Source: Camelus dromedarius
Taxonomy: Eukaryota
DNA length: 64,000 bases
Reading direction: 5' to 3'
Assembly: GCF_036321535.1 (NCBI RefSeq)
Contig: NC_087437.1
Coordinates: 22,384,001 to 22,448,000 of the forward strand
The position numbers and the translations under genes were made by a program. Shown one piece after another: positions 52,127 to 64,000 of the stretch. The notes beneath the pieces were generated by a model, which saw only the letters and a program-made list of their open reading frames with translations, was not told the origin of the DNA and made no database searches. Position 1 is the stretch's first letter. Each line of letters begins with the position of its first letter.

Positions 52127-52280
52127 CTGATCTGAAGCCAAGTCAGCATGGGGGTCGTTCCTCCCCCAAACACCCAGACTGTGAAGAACACGAGGAGCAG
52201 CGTGGTGGAAAACATCATTTGTTTGGGCTGAGATTCTGTGTTCCGAATAGCTAAGGCAAAGGCGATCGCTCCTCGCAAAC
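52127..52280 (-). CDS. SLC9A9: SLC9A9 (NHE9) internal coding exon, 154 nt (human exon 12 by my recall)
   Basis: Reverse complement reads polypyrimidine-taag|GT TTG CGA...CAG ATC AG|gtgagt. It translates to (G)[50 protein letters not shown](R), the NHE6/7/9 C-terminal transmembrane segment with NHE9-type residues. Phase 1 in, phase 2 out, no stops. Confidence 0.96.
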
Positions 52281-52379
52281 CTTACAGGAAAAACCAAAAA
52301 AAGGAAATAAGGATCCGCATGAGTCTCGTTCTCATTTCATTGAATTTATCATTACAGTTTATTGAGAAACACAATCACT

Positions 52380-53850
52380 TTTTAAAATTAAACTTTTTAT
52401 TTTGGGATAATTGTAGAGTCACAGGCAGCTGCAAGAAATAATAGAGACTTGCTGTATGCCCTTTTCTCACTCCCCCCCCCCCGTGATAACGTCTTTCAAA
52501 ACTCTAGTACAAGACTGCAACCAGGATTTGACACTGATACAGTCAAGATTCAGTGCATTTCCATCACCACAAAGATCCCTCACTTTGCCCTTTTATCACC
52601 ACACCTACTCCTCTCCCACAAACTCCCTCCTTAACATCTGGCACCCAGTAATCAATTTCTATAATTTTCCCATTTCAAGAATGTTATATAAATGGAATCA
52701 TGAAATATGTAGCCTTTTGGGATTGGTTTTTTTTTTTTTCCCACCCGGCATAATTCTCTGGATAGTCAGCCAGGTTGCCTAATGTATTGATTGTTTGTTC
52801 CTTTTTATTGTCTAGCAGTATTTCCATGGTATGGATGTTCCACCGTTTGTTTAACCATCATCTGTTAAAGGACATCTGGGTAGTTTCCAGGTTTTGGCTA
52901 TTACAAATAAGGCTGCTGTATGTGTGAACATAAGTTTTCATCTCTCTGAGATAAATGCCCAGGAGTGCAATCACTGAGTTATTCATTATTTGCATATTTT
53001 TAAAAGAAATTACCAAACTTTCCCAGAATGGCTATACCATTTCACATTCCCGCCAGCGATATATGTCATTCAGTTTCTCTGCACCTTTACCCACATTTAG
53101 TGTCGTCACTATTTTTATTTTAGCATTTTTCTGTTGGTGTTGAATATTTGTTAATGTGCTCATTTGTTATCTGTATATGCTCTTGGGTGAAATGGCTCAT
53201 GTCGTTATCTCATTTTCTAATTGGATTGTTGGATTTTTGATTGTTAAATTTGGAGAGGTCTTTATATGGTCTAGATAACAGTCCTTTGTTGGGTATGTAG
53301 TTTGCAAATATTCCCTCCACTTTGTAGCTTTTTACTGTTAAAACCTAATCTGTTGATTTTCCCTTTTATGAATCATCTGAAGTCAAGTCTAAGAAGTCTT
53401 TACTTAGCTCTAGATCCCAAAGATTTTTCCCTGTTTAAAATTGTTTTCCTAAAAGTTATATAGCTTTACATTTTGCATCTATGTCCATGCTCTTTTGAGT
53501 TAATTCTGGTATAAAGGGCAAGGTGTAGGCTGAGGATCATTTTTTTTTTCTTTTTTTTTGCCTATGGATGTTTAATTACTCTGTTGAATTGCTTTTGCAC
53601 TTTTGTCAATAATCAGTTGGGTATATCTGTGTGGTTCTATTCTTGGGTTCTCTATTCTGTTCCACTGATCTATGTGTCCTATCCCTTTTAATGGTACATT
53701 GTCATATTTATTCTGGGTAACCTTTAATGACAGAGAGACTGGTTCTTATATTTCATTTTCAAAATAGTTTTAACTATTTTAGCTCTTTTGCCCTTCCATA
53801 AAATTTTAAAAAGAATATTGTCTGTATTTACAAAAAAACTTTCTGGGCAC
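52380..53850 (-). mobile_element. L1MC-type 3' end
   Basis: tttattttgggataattgtagagtcaca...gaaataatagagac; flanking cacaatcacttttt/cacaagtacttttt. Confidence 0.85.
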
Positions 53851-54335
53851 AAGTACTTTTTAAAAATTGAATGTGTTAGACAACAAGAGAAAAGCTTATG
53901 GGAACACTGAAAATTAATAAATAATTAAATAACATTTAAGATTTACTCCAGCCTGATAAGACACTTTTACAAAGACTATAATCTAAGCTGATCTATGAAA
54001 ACCTGCTTTATTTGTTTATTTTTCTTCTTTAATAACAATATCTAATGAATTTTTATGAATATATTAAGTGTATTTGTAAGAAGAGGTATTAAAGATTAAA
54101 TTGCTAAAATTTCAAATCAAAGTGTGATGACATAAAAACAGATGTAGATTTCAAAGCAGAGGAAATAAAAGCACAAGTAGTAAAGTAAAAATGTTAAAAT
54201 GGACAGTCTGTCTCGGGTAACACAAAACTTACAAGACATTTACACGCTCTGTTATACCATGTAACAGGGGAGATAAACATTTATAATGACACCAAGTATA
54301 AGTCAAAGAGGTAGTGATTCTGTTATTTTTTATAG

Positions 54336-55040
54336 GAAGGTTCAAGTCATATACAAAAATTGTCAATGGTCCACTCTTTATAATATTTACTGTATCATTT
54401 AGGTTTCTACATTTCCAAATTTTTATTCATATATTAAAAGACTTTCAGACATTGGATATAGGGGAGGATGAGGAACACTACAAGCACTTTGGTTTTTACC
54501 CTTGGATTAGCAGCTTAGACTACAATGCTCCTTTCTTAACTCCACACTGAGAATATCCAAGAGACAAGTGACATAATACAAGATCCAGAGGATTCGACTA
54601 GAGACTTAATGTATTTTGCCTGAAACAAGGAAGCTTCAGAAAGAGAGGGGAACATGCACTCTGATTATAAAATTACCTTCAAGGAACAAAATGTAATGGA
54701 GGAAGAAAATTATTCTAAATCTCCATGTAGACAAGGAAATGGCCCAAAGATAAGGAAGATAACATTTGAAGTAGATATTAATAAAAAAAAAAGTTCTTAT
54801 ACATCAGAAATTCTGAACACATAGATGATTGTACTCAGGAAGGAAAGTTTCCCACCAGAGATGTTCAAGCACTCAGACCCAGCTGAGGACAAGAGAGTGG
54901 GGATATTAATAACCCTTAATACTGGAGAATATTTCAATAATGTCTCCAGGAAATACAAATGGTGTCATTAGGAAACGAGAATCGAAGGAAACAGTTTTGC
55001 AACAGCCTTCTGTATCTGAGGAGAAAATGTATAGGTGAAG
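54336..55040 (+). pseudogene. Large decayed exon, E/K/S-rich
   Basis: ttttttatag| acceptor and aag|gtaaag donor. A 70-codon open frame is followed by a frame of about 157 codons with only 3 internal stops despite AT richness. Confidence 0.5.
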
Positions 55041-55504
55041 GTAAAGCTCCTAGCACTGTTTAATTGGTACAAGCTTGGAGACAGAAGGTGATCTTTCCAT
55101 TTTCTCTTTTCCTTAAGCTCACATTGCCAGAAATGCTCATAAAGCAGCATCGCCCCACATTAAGTGGTGTGTATTAGAAACGCTGAGTGATGAGGCTCTA
55201 AGTATTTATTTTCGCTTTGTTGAATATTCGTGTGTATGTGTGTGTTGGTTTATCTTTTGTTTTTACTTTGAATTTTGTGAGAAAGAAAAGAATAGAGACT
55301 GGAATAAAAGTTAAAAGTTGCTGTATCATGCTTATGGTAAACTTTCCATGTTAGATATCAAGGGCAAGGAAGGACATAATGTATCTTTCTAAATATGTTT
55401 AACACTGTACTGTTATTATGTGAAACTAGCGTAACTAGGTTCTTAAATCTAAATTATCTATTCATGGGCAGTTCTTGTTTTAAAAACATACTCAGAAGAT
55501 ATCT

Positions 55505-55742
55505 GTTTACACACTACTGTATAAAAAAGATAAACAACAAAGACCTACTATATAGCACAGGGACCTACATTCAATATCTTGCCATAACCTATAATGGAAA
55601 GTAATCTGGAAAAGAAAAAAATATATATATCTATAACTGAATCACTTTGCTGTTCACCTGAAACATTATAAATCAACAATACTTCAATTAAAAAAGTAAA
55701 AAATAAATAAAAATTAAAAAAATAAAAAGTTGAATCAAAAAA
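55505..55742 (+). mobile_element. Cetartiodactyl-type L1 3' end
   Basis: gacctactatatagcacaggg...ataactgaatcactttgctg plus an A-rich tail. Confidence 0.85.
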
Positions 55743-55807
55743 AGATAACCATTATTCTGACTTCTAAAAAATCTATATCCTATATATAAAACTCTCTATA
55801 TTTACAG

Positions 55808-57477
55808 GAGATGCAATACGGAGATCTCTGAAAAAAAAAAAAGAAGAAGAAGAAGAAGAAAGAAAAGTGCAGCCACTTCCTTGTACTTGTGGCATATTAA
55901 GGAACATTGCTAATTAGAACCAACTCCAAGATGGCCCTACAAGAGGATGCCTTCTCCATATAATGACCACTTAAAAAACCACAAAACAATGTATGTTTTG
56001 GAGAAGAGAGCATATGTCTGTAGCCCTGGCCACATGTGGCAAATATGGTACATGCCACCTGTGAGATGGCCTGGTAGCACGGGAAGCCTGGAATGGAGCA
56101 AGGTGAGGTCACTAAGTGGACAAAGTGAAGCAATTTAGAACTCCACATAAGGACGATTGCCTATGTCCCACTCATCCTTTACGATTCCAAAGTTACTGAT
56201 TATACATTTGGAGCCTAGAAAATTGTCAAGTTAATGGCCATTCATTGCTCCATTTGAGACATGCGTCTTAGTCTGCCATAACAAAATACCTTCATCTGGG
56301 TAGCTTCAGCAACAGAAATTTCTTTCCGGCCGTTGTGGAGGCTGGGATGTGTAAGATGAGGATGCCAGCATGGCCAAGTTCTGTCCGAGCCATCTCTGGC
56401 TTGCAGAAGGCCGCCTGCTTGTTGTGCAAGAGCAGGCTCAGTGGTGTCTCTTCTATTAAGGGCCTTAATCTCATCATAGGGTTCCCACCCTTCTAACCTC
56501 ATTTAAACCTAATTATCTCCCAAAGTCTCCATCTCCAAATAACATCATATTGGAAGTTAGGGCTTCAGCTTATGAGTTTGAGGGGGACACAATTCAGGCT
56601 AGAGTAGTATGTGTTGGTTATCTGCTGTGTGGAGGTTCTGGGCACACTTCTCCTGTCTTCTTCACACCGCAGATTTGGGAAACAGAGGACTTTAGGATTG
56701 AAATAAATTACTTAGGCTGCCAGCAAAACACCAGAAATGAAAGATTAGTATTGACTTAGGAGTTTCTTTTAGCAAAACACTATTTCCAAAGAACACATGC
56801 CATTTTGCTTAAAAAACAGGTAATTCAGAACTCACTGTCAAAACTTACACTTTGGTTTGTGTTATGGATATGTTGACTCTGGGTTTACCTTTCTTTTTCT
56901 CTTTGTTTTGGCCAACTAAAGGACAGAACTCTATACTTTTGGGGACTGATAGACTATACCATTTCATTTTAGATGGGTTTAGATGTTCAGAGACTTGACA
57001 TATTTCACATACTCAGTTGGAAAAGTTAGCATCATCTTGGGGAATAAAAGAATTACCTGCAATTAAAAGTGGTTTCATTTAAAATTGGCCTCTAAGGGAT
57101 TCTTATGTTAATTATATTGATGTTCTATTCATAACAATAGAAGACTATTGAACCAAGGAAAGCTTTCAGGCAAGGACCCCTGCTGCAGAAAATGTGTAGC
57201 TTCCTGTTTATCTTTAAACAGCAAAGGTGAAACTAAATCTGTTATAAATTTGCAAATGTGTTCTAAATGGGTGAAGGTCATATATAGCTGCATTTAAATT
57301 ACAGGAATTTTAAGTACCCTCTCAGGCATTTTTATTGAAGGTGCGAAGCAACAGTCAAACCCTCAACTTCTACTAAGCACATGTTACCCAAGACACGGTA
57401 GGAGAATGCTATGATGAAGAAGCTTAGGTTCCTCTGTACCATGATTCACAGTCCCCTCAAAATGACTCTTTTAATAG
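55808..57477 (+). pseudogene. Chain of decayed exons (55808-56102, 56673-56819, 56922-57024, 57141-57226, 57326-57477)
   Basis: Strong AG/GT pairs. Phase-0 chain ...EWSK|IWETEDFRIEINYLGCQQNTRNERLVLT*EFLLAKHYFQRTHAILLKKQ|DRTLYFWGLIDY. Confidence 0.55.
56264..56605 (-). mobile_element. MLT1A/B solo LTR
   Basis: ctgccataacaaaatacc...gggggacacaattcag. Confidence 0.85.
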
Positions 57478-57689
57478 GTAAACTATGATGAAGAGTATTA
57501 GGGGTATAAAGAGCATGCTTTGCATGTATAGTCTGATGACAGGCCCAAATCATGACCATTGTCAGCGAACGTGCAATGTTCAAGGCGCTAAAATCAATGG
57601 TGGGGTAAAGAGATCTTTGCATACATGGTTTTCTATACTTGAATCATTTTTCCCCCATCCAATTTCTCTCTGGTTCTTTCTCCTTTAAC

Positions 57690-60340
57690 CCTCACCCAAA
57701 TTTTACCTAATTCCAACTGCTTTTCAGAGCTCAGCGAGCCTCTGATTTCTCTATGCAGCCTCCTCTGAGGCCTGGGCCTTGGTTGGGCTAACTTATATTC
57801 CTAGTACAACCTGTGCTCAGCCTATCAGGGGACTTATGACTTTACATTGTAATTGGCTGGCTCTTTGTTTATCCACGACACTTAGAGCAATGCTAAGCAC
57901 ATAGTAGGTGCTCAATAAATATTTGCTGAAAAAGTCAATGAAGGGATGAATGTTCTAATTCTTCATGATTCTAGATTATATGTGAAAAACCTCTTAGTTT
58001 AATGGAATGGTTGAGTGATTATTTCTGCAAGTTTGGCTTCTGTTCTTTTATTTTTTACTGAGACCCTTAAAGCCTTGTATTGACAGTCAAAAGACCTGGG
58101 ATCTGTTCTCAGGCCTGTCTGACAGGTTGCATGATCATAAGCAGGTTGCTTCATCTGGATCTGTGTTGTCTCATCACTAAATAGAGGTTTTAAGACTAGC
58201 TTATGGTCTTTAGCCAGAAGTGCCCATCAGAATGACACTTACAAATACAGGTAGTCACTCATGCTAGTGTCCTGCCTCTAGAGATGTGGATTCAGCAAAA
58301 TGAGTTAACAGATAGCTCAGGCTCCTCTCCCTTCCCTCTGTACCACCTTGGTCTAAGGCCCATCACCTCTCATGACCTCTGACTGTGCCCTTGACCAACA
58401 CTCTGGTCTCTTGGCCTCACAGCCCCCATCCTTTCCTCCTTCTAGACTATTGATGTCCTTCTGAACATTTTCCTCAAACTCTAGCTGTATGAGGTTGTGA
58501 TCTGACCCAGTAACCACAAGTGGCTTCCTATAGCCCACAGAAACCTTTCAATCAGAACTACATTCTGCTTTTCCTGTCTACCTCCTCTTGTCCACTGAGA
58601 ACTTTTCATACCAACAATGTGGTCTCCTTTCTCTCCATAAACAATTGTTATCCTTGCCTCTGTGCTGTGACCCCACCGTTAACCCCTTGTTTTACTTCTT
58701 TCTGCCTCTATTCCATCCCATGAAGTTTTCCAGGAATACTCCAGTCCATATTGTTTTCTGTTTCTTGGAAATCCTATAAAACATATTGCTCACACCACTC
58801 GTATTATTCAATGATAGTCTGAGATGAGTCAGTAGCTTAATGTGATTTCTTCTTTATCCTTAATTCTTAATCTTTTAAAAGGTTGGAATTACTTCTTCTT
58901 TACACAGTTCTTATATCTCTCATAGTACCCAAAACATGAAATTCAGCAAATGCTTTTGAATTGAATGATTACAGTAGTTTCAGACCCTCTAGATATTAGA
59001 TGGTGGTATTCATGTATAAATTCATTCATTCTTTCATTTATTCAGGCTCCAGGGGACAGAAGAAGTCAAGAAAGTCTCTGCCTTAAAGGAGCTTCCAGAC
59101 TAGTTGAAAAAAAAGAAAAGAAAAGAAAAAAGTATGGAAGGTGCTATGAGGAAAACTAAAGCACAGTAAGAAGATAGAGACTGTGTTTATGTGAAGGGTA
59201 GGGGTGTTTAGGAAAGCTGTTTTGGTAAAGTGACATTTGAGCATAGACTGTAATAGAATGAGGGAGAGGCCATGTATATCTGGAAGAAAGACATTTCAGG
59301 CTTCTGGAATAGTAAGTGTAAAGGCCCTGGGGCAGGGATGTACTTGACATGTTCAAGTTGCAGCAAAGTGGCTGGTGTGGCTGGAATGGAATACATGTGG
59401 GGGGTGGGAGAAGGATGTGGATGGAGATAATGCCAAATTGGTAACTGAGCCAGATCATGTTGGGCTCTTAGAACAACAGACTTTTGAGATGAAATACTTT
59501 TGGAAGGTTTTTGGCAGGGTAGTGATAAGATCCATTCTATGTTTAAAAGGTTTTGTCTGGCTCTGCTATGAAAAACAGACCTCCAGGACAGAGGTAGGAG
59601 GTCAGTGCTGCTGCATTAATCCAGGGAAGAAGTGAAAGTGAATCAGAACAGGTTGGTAGCGTGGTAATGCTGGAATAACATCAAAGGTCCACAAGCTAAT
59701 GGGTTGGACGAGGGGTATGAGATGAAGAGAGAACTCCAAGAGCTAATGGAGTTGAGCTGAGCTACTGGAAGAAATGGGGGAAACTGTGAAAGGAGCATGT
59801 TTGGGTGTAAGGTAGGGAGAGGTCCAGGGTTATGTTCTGGCCATGTGAAGCCCAAGATACTTATTAGTCATACAAGTGGAGAGCTTGAGTGGGTGGTTGG
59901 ATCCAAGAATCTGGAGTTCAGGGGAGAGGGTACAATCTTTTTACTGGAGAGAGTGGGAAGATAGGAAGAAAGTTTGGTTTGAAAGCGTGAAAAGATAAAT
60001 TTTATTTTAAAGCAAGTTTGATCTTGCTTCAAGGCCTTTGTACATGCTGCTTCTCCCACTTCGAGGGCTCCTCCCAGGCTGCCCCCGACTGCTCCTCCTC
60101 ATCTCAGTCCTAGGAAGGCTGCCCTGAACATGCCATCTAAGTGCCCCCCACTCTAACTCATGTCTTTTTTGCATGTCTATAACTACACTTATCACCATCT
60201 GAAATTATATGTTTACTTTTTAACCTTTAAGACCTGTGTCCCTCCACAAGAAAGCGAGCCTGGTGACAGCATGCCCAGGGCCAGGATGCTGCCTGTCATA
60301 GAGCAGGCCCTCTCTAAGCACTGCATGAATGCATGAATGA
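57690..60340. mobile_element. L2/MIR cluster (L2 - at ~59020-59930; L2 + at ~57690-57950 and ~60010-60340)
   Basis: L2 3' motifs in both orientations. Confidence 0.7.
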
Positions 60341-61268
60341 ACGATGAGGGAAAGGCCATATTTTGCATTTGAAACCGAACTGGAACCCAAAGGAAAGCGA
60401 GCAGTAGTGGGACAGAGATGCAGAAATGTCCCTGAGAAACTGACCCATTCTTTAAAAGAAATGTCCCTAAGATGGGTTATTTTGCTGACTCTCTTTCCAT
60501 TTGGGATATAATCCATTGCAATTCTCCTTTTTCCATTTACTTCAAGTACTGTGAGAGGGCTGATTCCAAAGATTTAACACATTCTTATCATTAATCTGAT
60601 AAATCAAACCCTAGTTTGGGTCTACAATTGACTAATGTATTGCTTTTACACTTGCTGAAGTCCCGTGACCTTGCAAAGAGTAACTACTTTCAGCAAAAAT
60701 GTCAGTCTGATTTCAAAGTACATTTTCCAAGATTGTACAACCTTGTTACACAGTCCCATTTTCAGTTCAACATCGTTTTATCACATGGAAGTGAAGCCAA
60801 CAGATTGTTTCAGTGAAAAAGCCTTCTGCATTCAAAAATAAATTGAGTTTTCCTGGAAACTCAGTCTGTGTTAGGCAAGCAGAACTTTCTCTCCATCTCT
60901 CTTCCTGAACTTGAATCATTTAAACTAAGACCACTGAGAAGGAATGCAACATAAATTCAGTGTATTTTTTCATTAAATAAAGTTTGTTTTTGGACACCCT
61001 GGGCAGCCAGGAAGGGTAATTGTAATTAGGATTAGCTCTGTCACAGCTCTGAGTTAACATGCATAGATGCCTCTGGCTTTGGAGGCTTATTTTTATATGG
61101 GTCATGGGGATGTGATAGGAAACTGTGGAATAATCCTTGCCACTAGCTGAAATCTTCAACAGAGGGTTTCAAGACAAAGGCTAACAGAGATCAGAAGAAA
61201 GTCAACATTCGGTGAGCAGTACCCAAAAATGGCCAGGATGTGTTCCAAAGGTCTGTGTCTGTTTAGGT

Positions 61269-61477
61269 CAGTGGTTCCCAACTTGGGTGACTTTGTCCCC
61301 CAGGAAATATCTGGCAACGTCTGGAGACATTTGATGGTCCACAGCTGGAAGGTGGGAGGTACTACAACTAATCCAATGGGTAGAGATTAGGGGTGCTGCT
61401 ACCATGTACAAGACAATCCCCACAGAAAGGAATTATTGGCTCCAAATATCAATAGTTGTTGTGGTTGAGAGACCGTA
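61269..61477. mobile_element. MER20 (hAT-Charlie)
   Basis: cagtggttcccaac...ggcaacgtctggagacattt...ggttgagagacc. Confidence 0.85.
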
Positions 61478-61549
61478 GTTTATAGATACTGGATTGCTTT
61501 TCCCCATAGAGGTAATGTTATGAATATTGATAATGTTCCTACTGCAGAG

Positions 61550-62180
61550 GCTATTTTGGCAGAGATGGCTATCCATCCACTGGTACCTATTTTTATCACC
61601 CATGTCATGCTGCTATAACTGCATGAACTATATTTTCTAGCATCTCTTGCAGCTAGGAATAGCCATCTGGCTGATTCTCACCAGTGAAATGAGAGCAGAA
61701 GTGATGTACGTCATTTCTGGGCTAGGCTTTCAAGAAGCAGCTGTTCCTATTGCAGTCTCTCTCCCTTTCTCCCAGCCAGTTATCAAACATGATGAATTCC
61801 TCTAGCGGTGGTTCCCACACTTTAGCTACATCAGAATTAACTGGAGAACCTTTTCAACCTGAGACTGCTAGGCTCCACCCCCAGTGTGTCTGATCCAGCA
61901 TGTCTGTGGCGGGGCCTGAGAATTTGCATTTCTAACAAGTTCCCAGGTGTTGTTGCTACTGCTGCTCCAGGGACCACACTTTTAGAACCCTTGACTTAGG
62001 GGATTATGATGCCAGAAGGTAGAAGAGCTTGGTGATACCTGAATCACCACCTGGAGGAGAGGCATCTGCTCCCTACCCCCATATTAATATCCACCCTGGC
62101 CTGTGACTTGAACCAGAAAGGATCAACACTATGGTTCAACAAATGAATTTAGAGAGTCTGTGTGTTCCAGCAGCTCAGCC
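61550..62180 (+). mobile_element. LTR16/33-like LTR with nested MER5A (61806-61993)
   Basis: catctcttgcagctagg...gagcagaagtgatgt; MER5A ggggcctgagaatttgcatttctaacaagttcccaggtg. Confidence 0.7.
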
Positions 62181-63175
62181 TATCATAAGGCTCTCTACAC
62201 CTACCTACCCTACATCCTTCTCCCCTACATGTCCCTGTAGAATCAGAATATTTTCTTAACAGATGAGGAAATATGGGCTAGGAGGAATAGCGTGGCCAAG
62301 GTTACATAGTAAATGGTATGGCTGGTTATTCAATCTGTGTCTCATCCCCCCGATTGAATATATAACCTGTAACAGAGATTTAATAAAATGGCTATCTTAA
62401 GAATTTGAATTTTCAGGAAAGATGCAAAGAAGAAAATTTTCTTCTCCTTTCCTAGGTAGAAGATCAACCTGAGGCAACATTTTGAAATAGATGTTTTGCC
62501 TTTGCTCTCCCTCCTCAATTCTCTCTGTGCCTTCTGTCTTTGTCTCTGTCTCTGTCTCTCTCCCTTTCCCGCATCACTGATATCAGGGTGCCCTCCACAC
62601 CCCAGCCCAGGCGACCCTATTCTAAAACGATCAGTTTATGACTTTCCAGTCAAACCTCCCATTTGTGCTTGCAGCCAAAATGAGCTTCCTGCCAGGAAGA
62701 AAACAACCGGCAGGAAGAAATCTGCTGAGGAAGGATAGCACACAATTCTCCCAAGGAGTGTGCATTCTAAATTCTCGTTAACATGCATGCTTTCACGTTT
62801 ACTGGTGGAATTTAAAACAGCTCCAGGAAAGCCCAGTGGCCTTTTTCAGGCACTGAGGGGAGTAGGTGGTGAGTGGGAGGGAGGATCCTGTAAAGGGAGA
62901 TCAAGGTTATTATTCACAGGCAGGGCACCTGCCCCTGTGTCTCCTGCCCTTATGTGTAATCACAGGGCTCTAAAAGTTCCTGGTGCTTTGGGAAGAGGAT
63001 CAGTGGTGGGCTGGGCAGTGGGGCTGGGACCCAGCCCTACACACAGATGTTTGGTCTGTCTGGGAAGAACTTGGTGGCCCAAACAGCATTTGGATGTTCC
63101 CAATATATCAGAGCAAATGCCAAAAATTCCTAAATTACATAATGGCCCTATGGACATTTAGCACAAGGTATTTTT

Positions 63176-63351
63176 TTTCCTTCAGTTTTTTAAAACATAT
63201 TTTTATTGAGTTATAGTCATTTTACAATGTTGTGTCAAATTCCAGTGTAGAGCACAATTTTTCAGTTACACATGAACATATGTATATTCATTGTCACATT
63301 TTTTTTTTTTTTTGCTGTGAGCTACCACAAGATCTTGTATATATTTCCCTG
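63176..63351 (-). mobile_element. Young camelid-type L1 3' end
   Basis: Reverse complement of the 2040-2316 family. Perfect 17-bp TSD tagcacaaggtattttt at 63159-63175 and 63352-63368. Confidence 0.9.
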
Positions 63352-64000
63352 TAGCACAAGGTATTTTTAAATGTAACTGCTTCTTGCTCATTTGCACATT
63401 ATGATTTACTTGAGTCAATCTTATTGACTTCTGAACTCTATCCACAGAACCTGAGGGCAGAATTAGAGGGATTTATGCCTGGCAACAGACAGACTTATTT
63501 TTTGAACTTGGTTCGTGTGTCTTGATGGTTTTCTAAGGTTATGTCTACCTAATGTCAAAAACAAGCAAGCAATTAGTAAGCCAATTCAGGCAGAAAACAG
63601 GGGGAAATAATGTAGTCCATTTGTTTGCTTCAATCGACAGACTAATTTGGTTAAAACTATCAGTCAGATATTTGTGGTTATCTGTGACACTCTGGACATC
63701 CTGAAAGTCTCTGAGGGGCTAACACGCTCTCGTTGACTGTACTCCCTCCTTATATAGAGTGGTTGGGTTATCTATAAGGTCTTGACATTTTTTCACACTC
63801 CATAAACGTCTGAGTAGGTAGTGACATTTTGCATGTGTCAACTTGGCCCAGAAGGGGCTACAGTATATTTTCCTTACAAAAACTGGTACTTTGAGTTACA
63901 ACATTTCGTGTCTTAGTGCCAGGTCTACGTCAATGCTGGAACTGAAAGAACACAAACAATTGTCCTTAAATGGGGGGTGGGGGCAGGGGAGGGGGAGCCT

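Larger units (their letters stand above)
3568..57477 (+). pseudogene. Putative large unprocessed pseudogene encoding many tandem RGS-like domains, antisense to SLC9A9
   Basis: About 30 plus-strand segments in non-repeat DNA, most bounded by AG/GT and several phase-compatible. They show recurrent RGS-like helix motifs with premature stops and frameshifts. Individual exons are listed below. True ends are not determined. Confidence 0.65.
52281..64000 (-). other. SLC9A9: SLC9A9 intron upstream of the exon (continues past window end)
   Basis: Acceptor AG at 52281-52282 (minus strand). No preceding NHE9 exon was seen. Confidence 0.85.

Noticed and set aside
51985..52254. 89-aa plus-strand ORF overlapping the SLC9A9 exon
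   Set aside because: Its overlap with the exon is best explained as an antisense shadow of coding sequence, and it has no recognisable motif.
3568..57477. Assigning the pseudogene to RGS22, RGSL1 or AKAP10, or calling it a retrocopy
   Set aside because: I recognise no gene-specific sequence. It has introns, and those genes are not known to me at the SLC9A9 locus.

Overview
Mammalian genomic DNA, most likely camelid: it carries camelid-type L1 3' ends and a tRNA-Ala-derived Vic-1-like SINE. There are no prokaryotic features. The only intact coding element is one 154-nt exon of SLC9A9 (NHE9) on the minus strand (52127-52280), so the window is SLC9A9 intronic DNA with the usual old repeats (L1, L2, MIR, MLT1, LTR16/33-like, MER5/8/20, and a piggyBac Looper). 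The unexpected part is the unique sequence between these repeats. From about 3.6 kb to at least 57.5 kb it holds 30 or more plus-strand segments, most bounded by AG...GT splice signals and several phase-compatible with their neighbours. Their decayed translations repeatedly resemble RGS (regulator of G-protein signalling) domain helices. I infer the fossil of a very large, multi-exon, tandem-RGS-domain gene lying antisense to SLC9A9 and interleaved with its exon. I do not recognise it as a named gene. This call was made by eye and needs profile-HMM and comparative-genomic confirmation.
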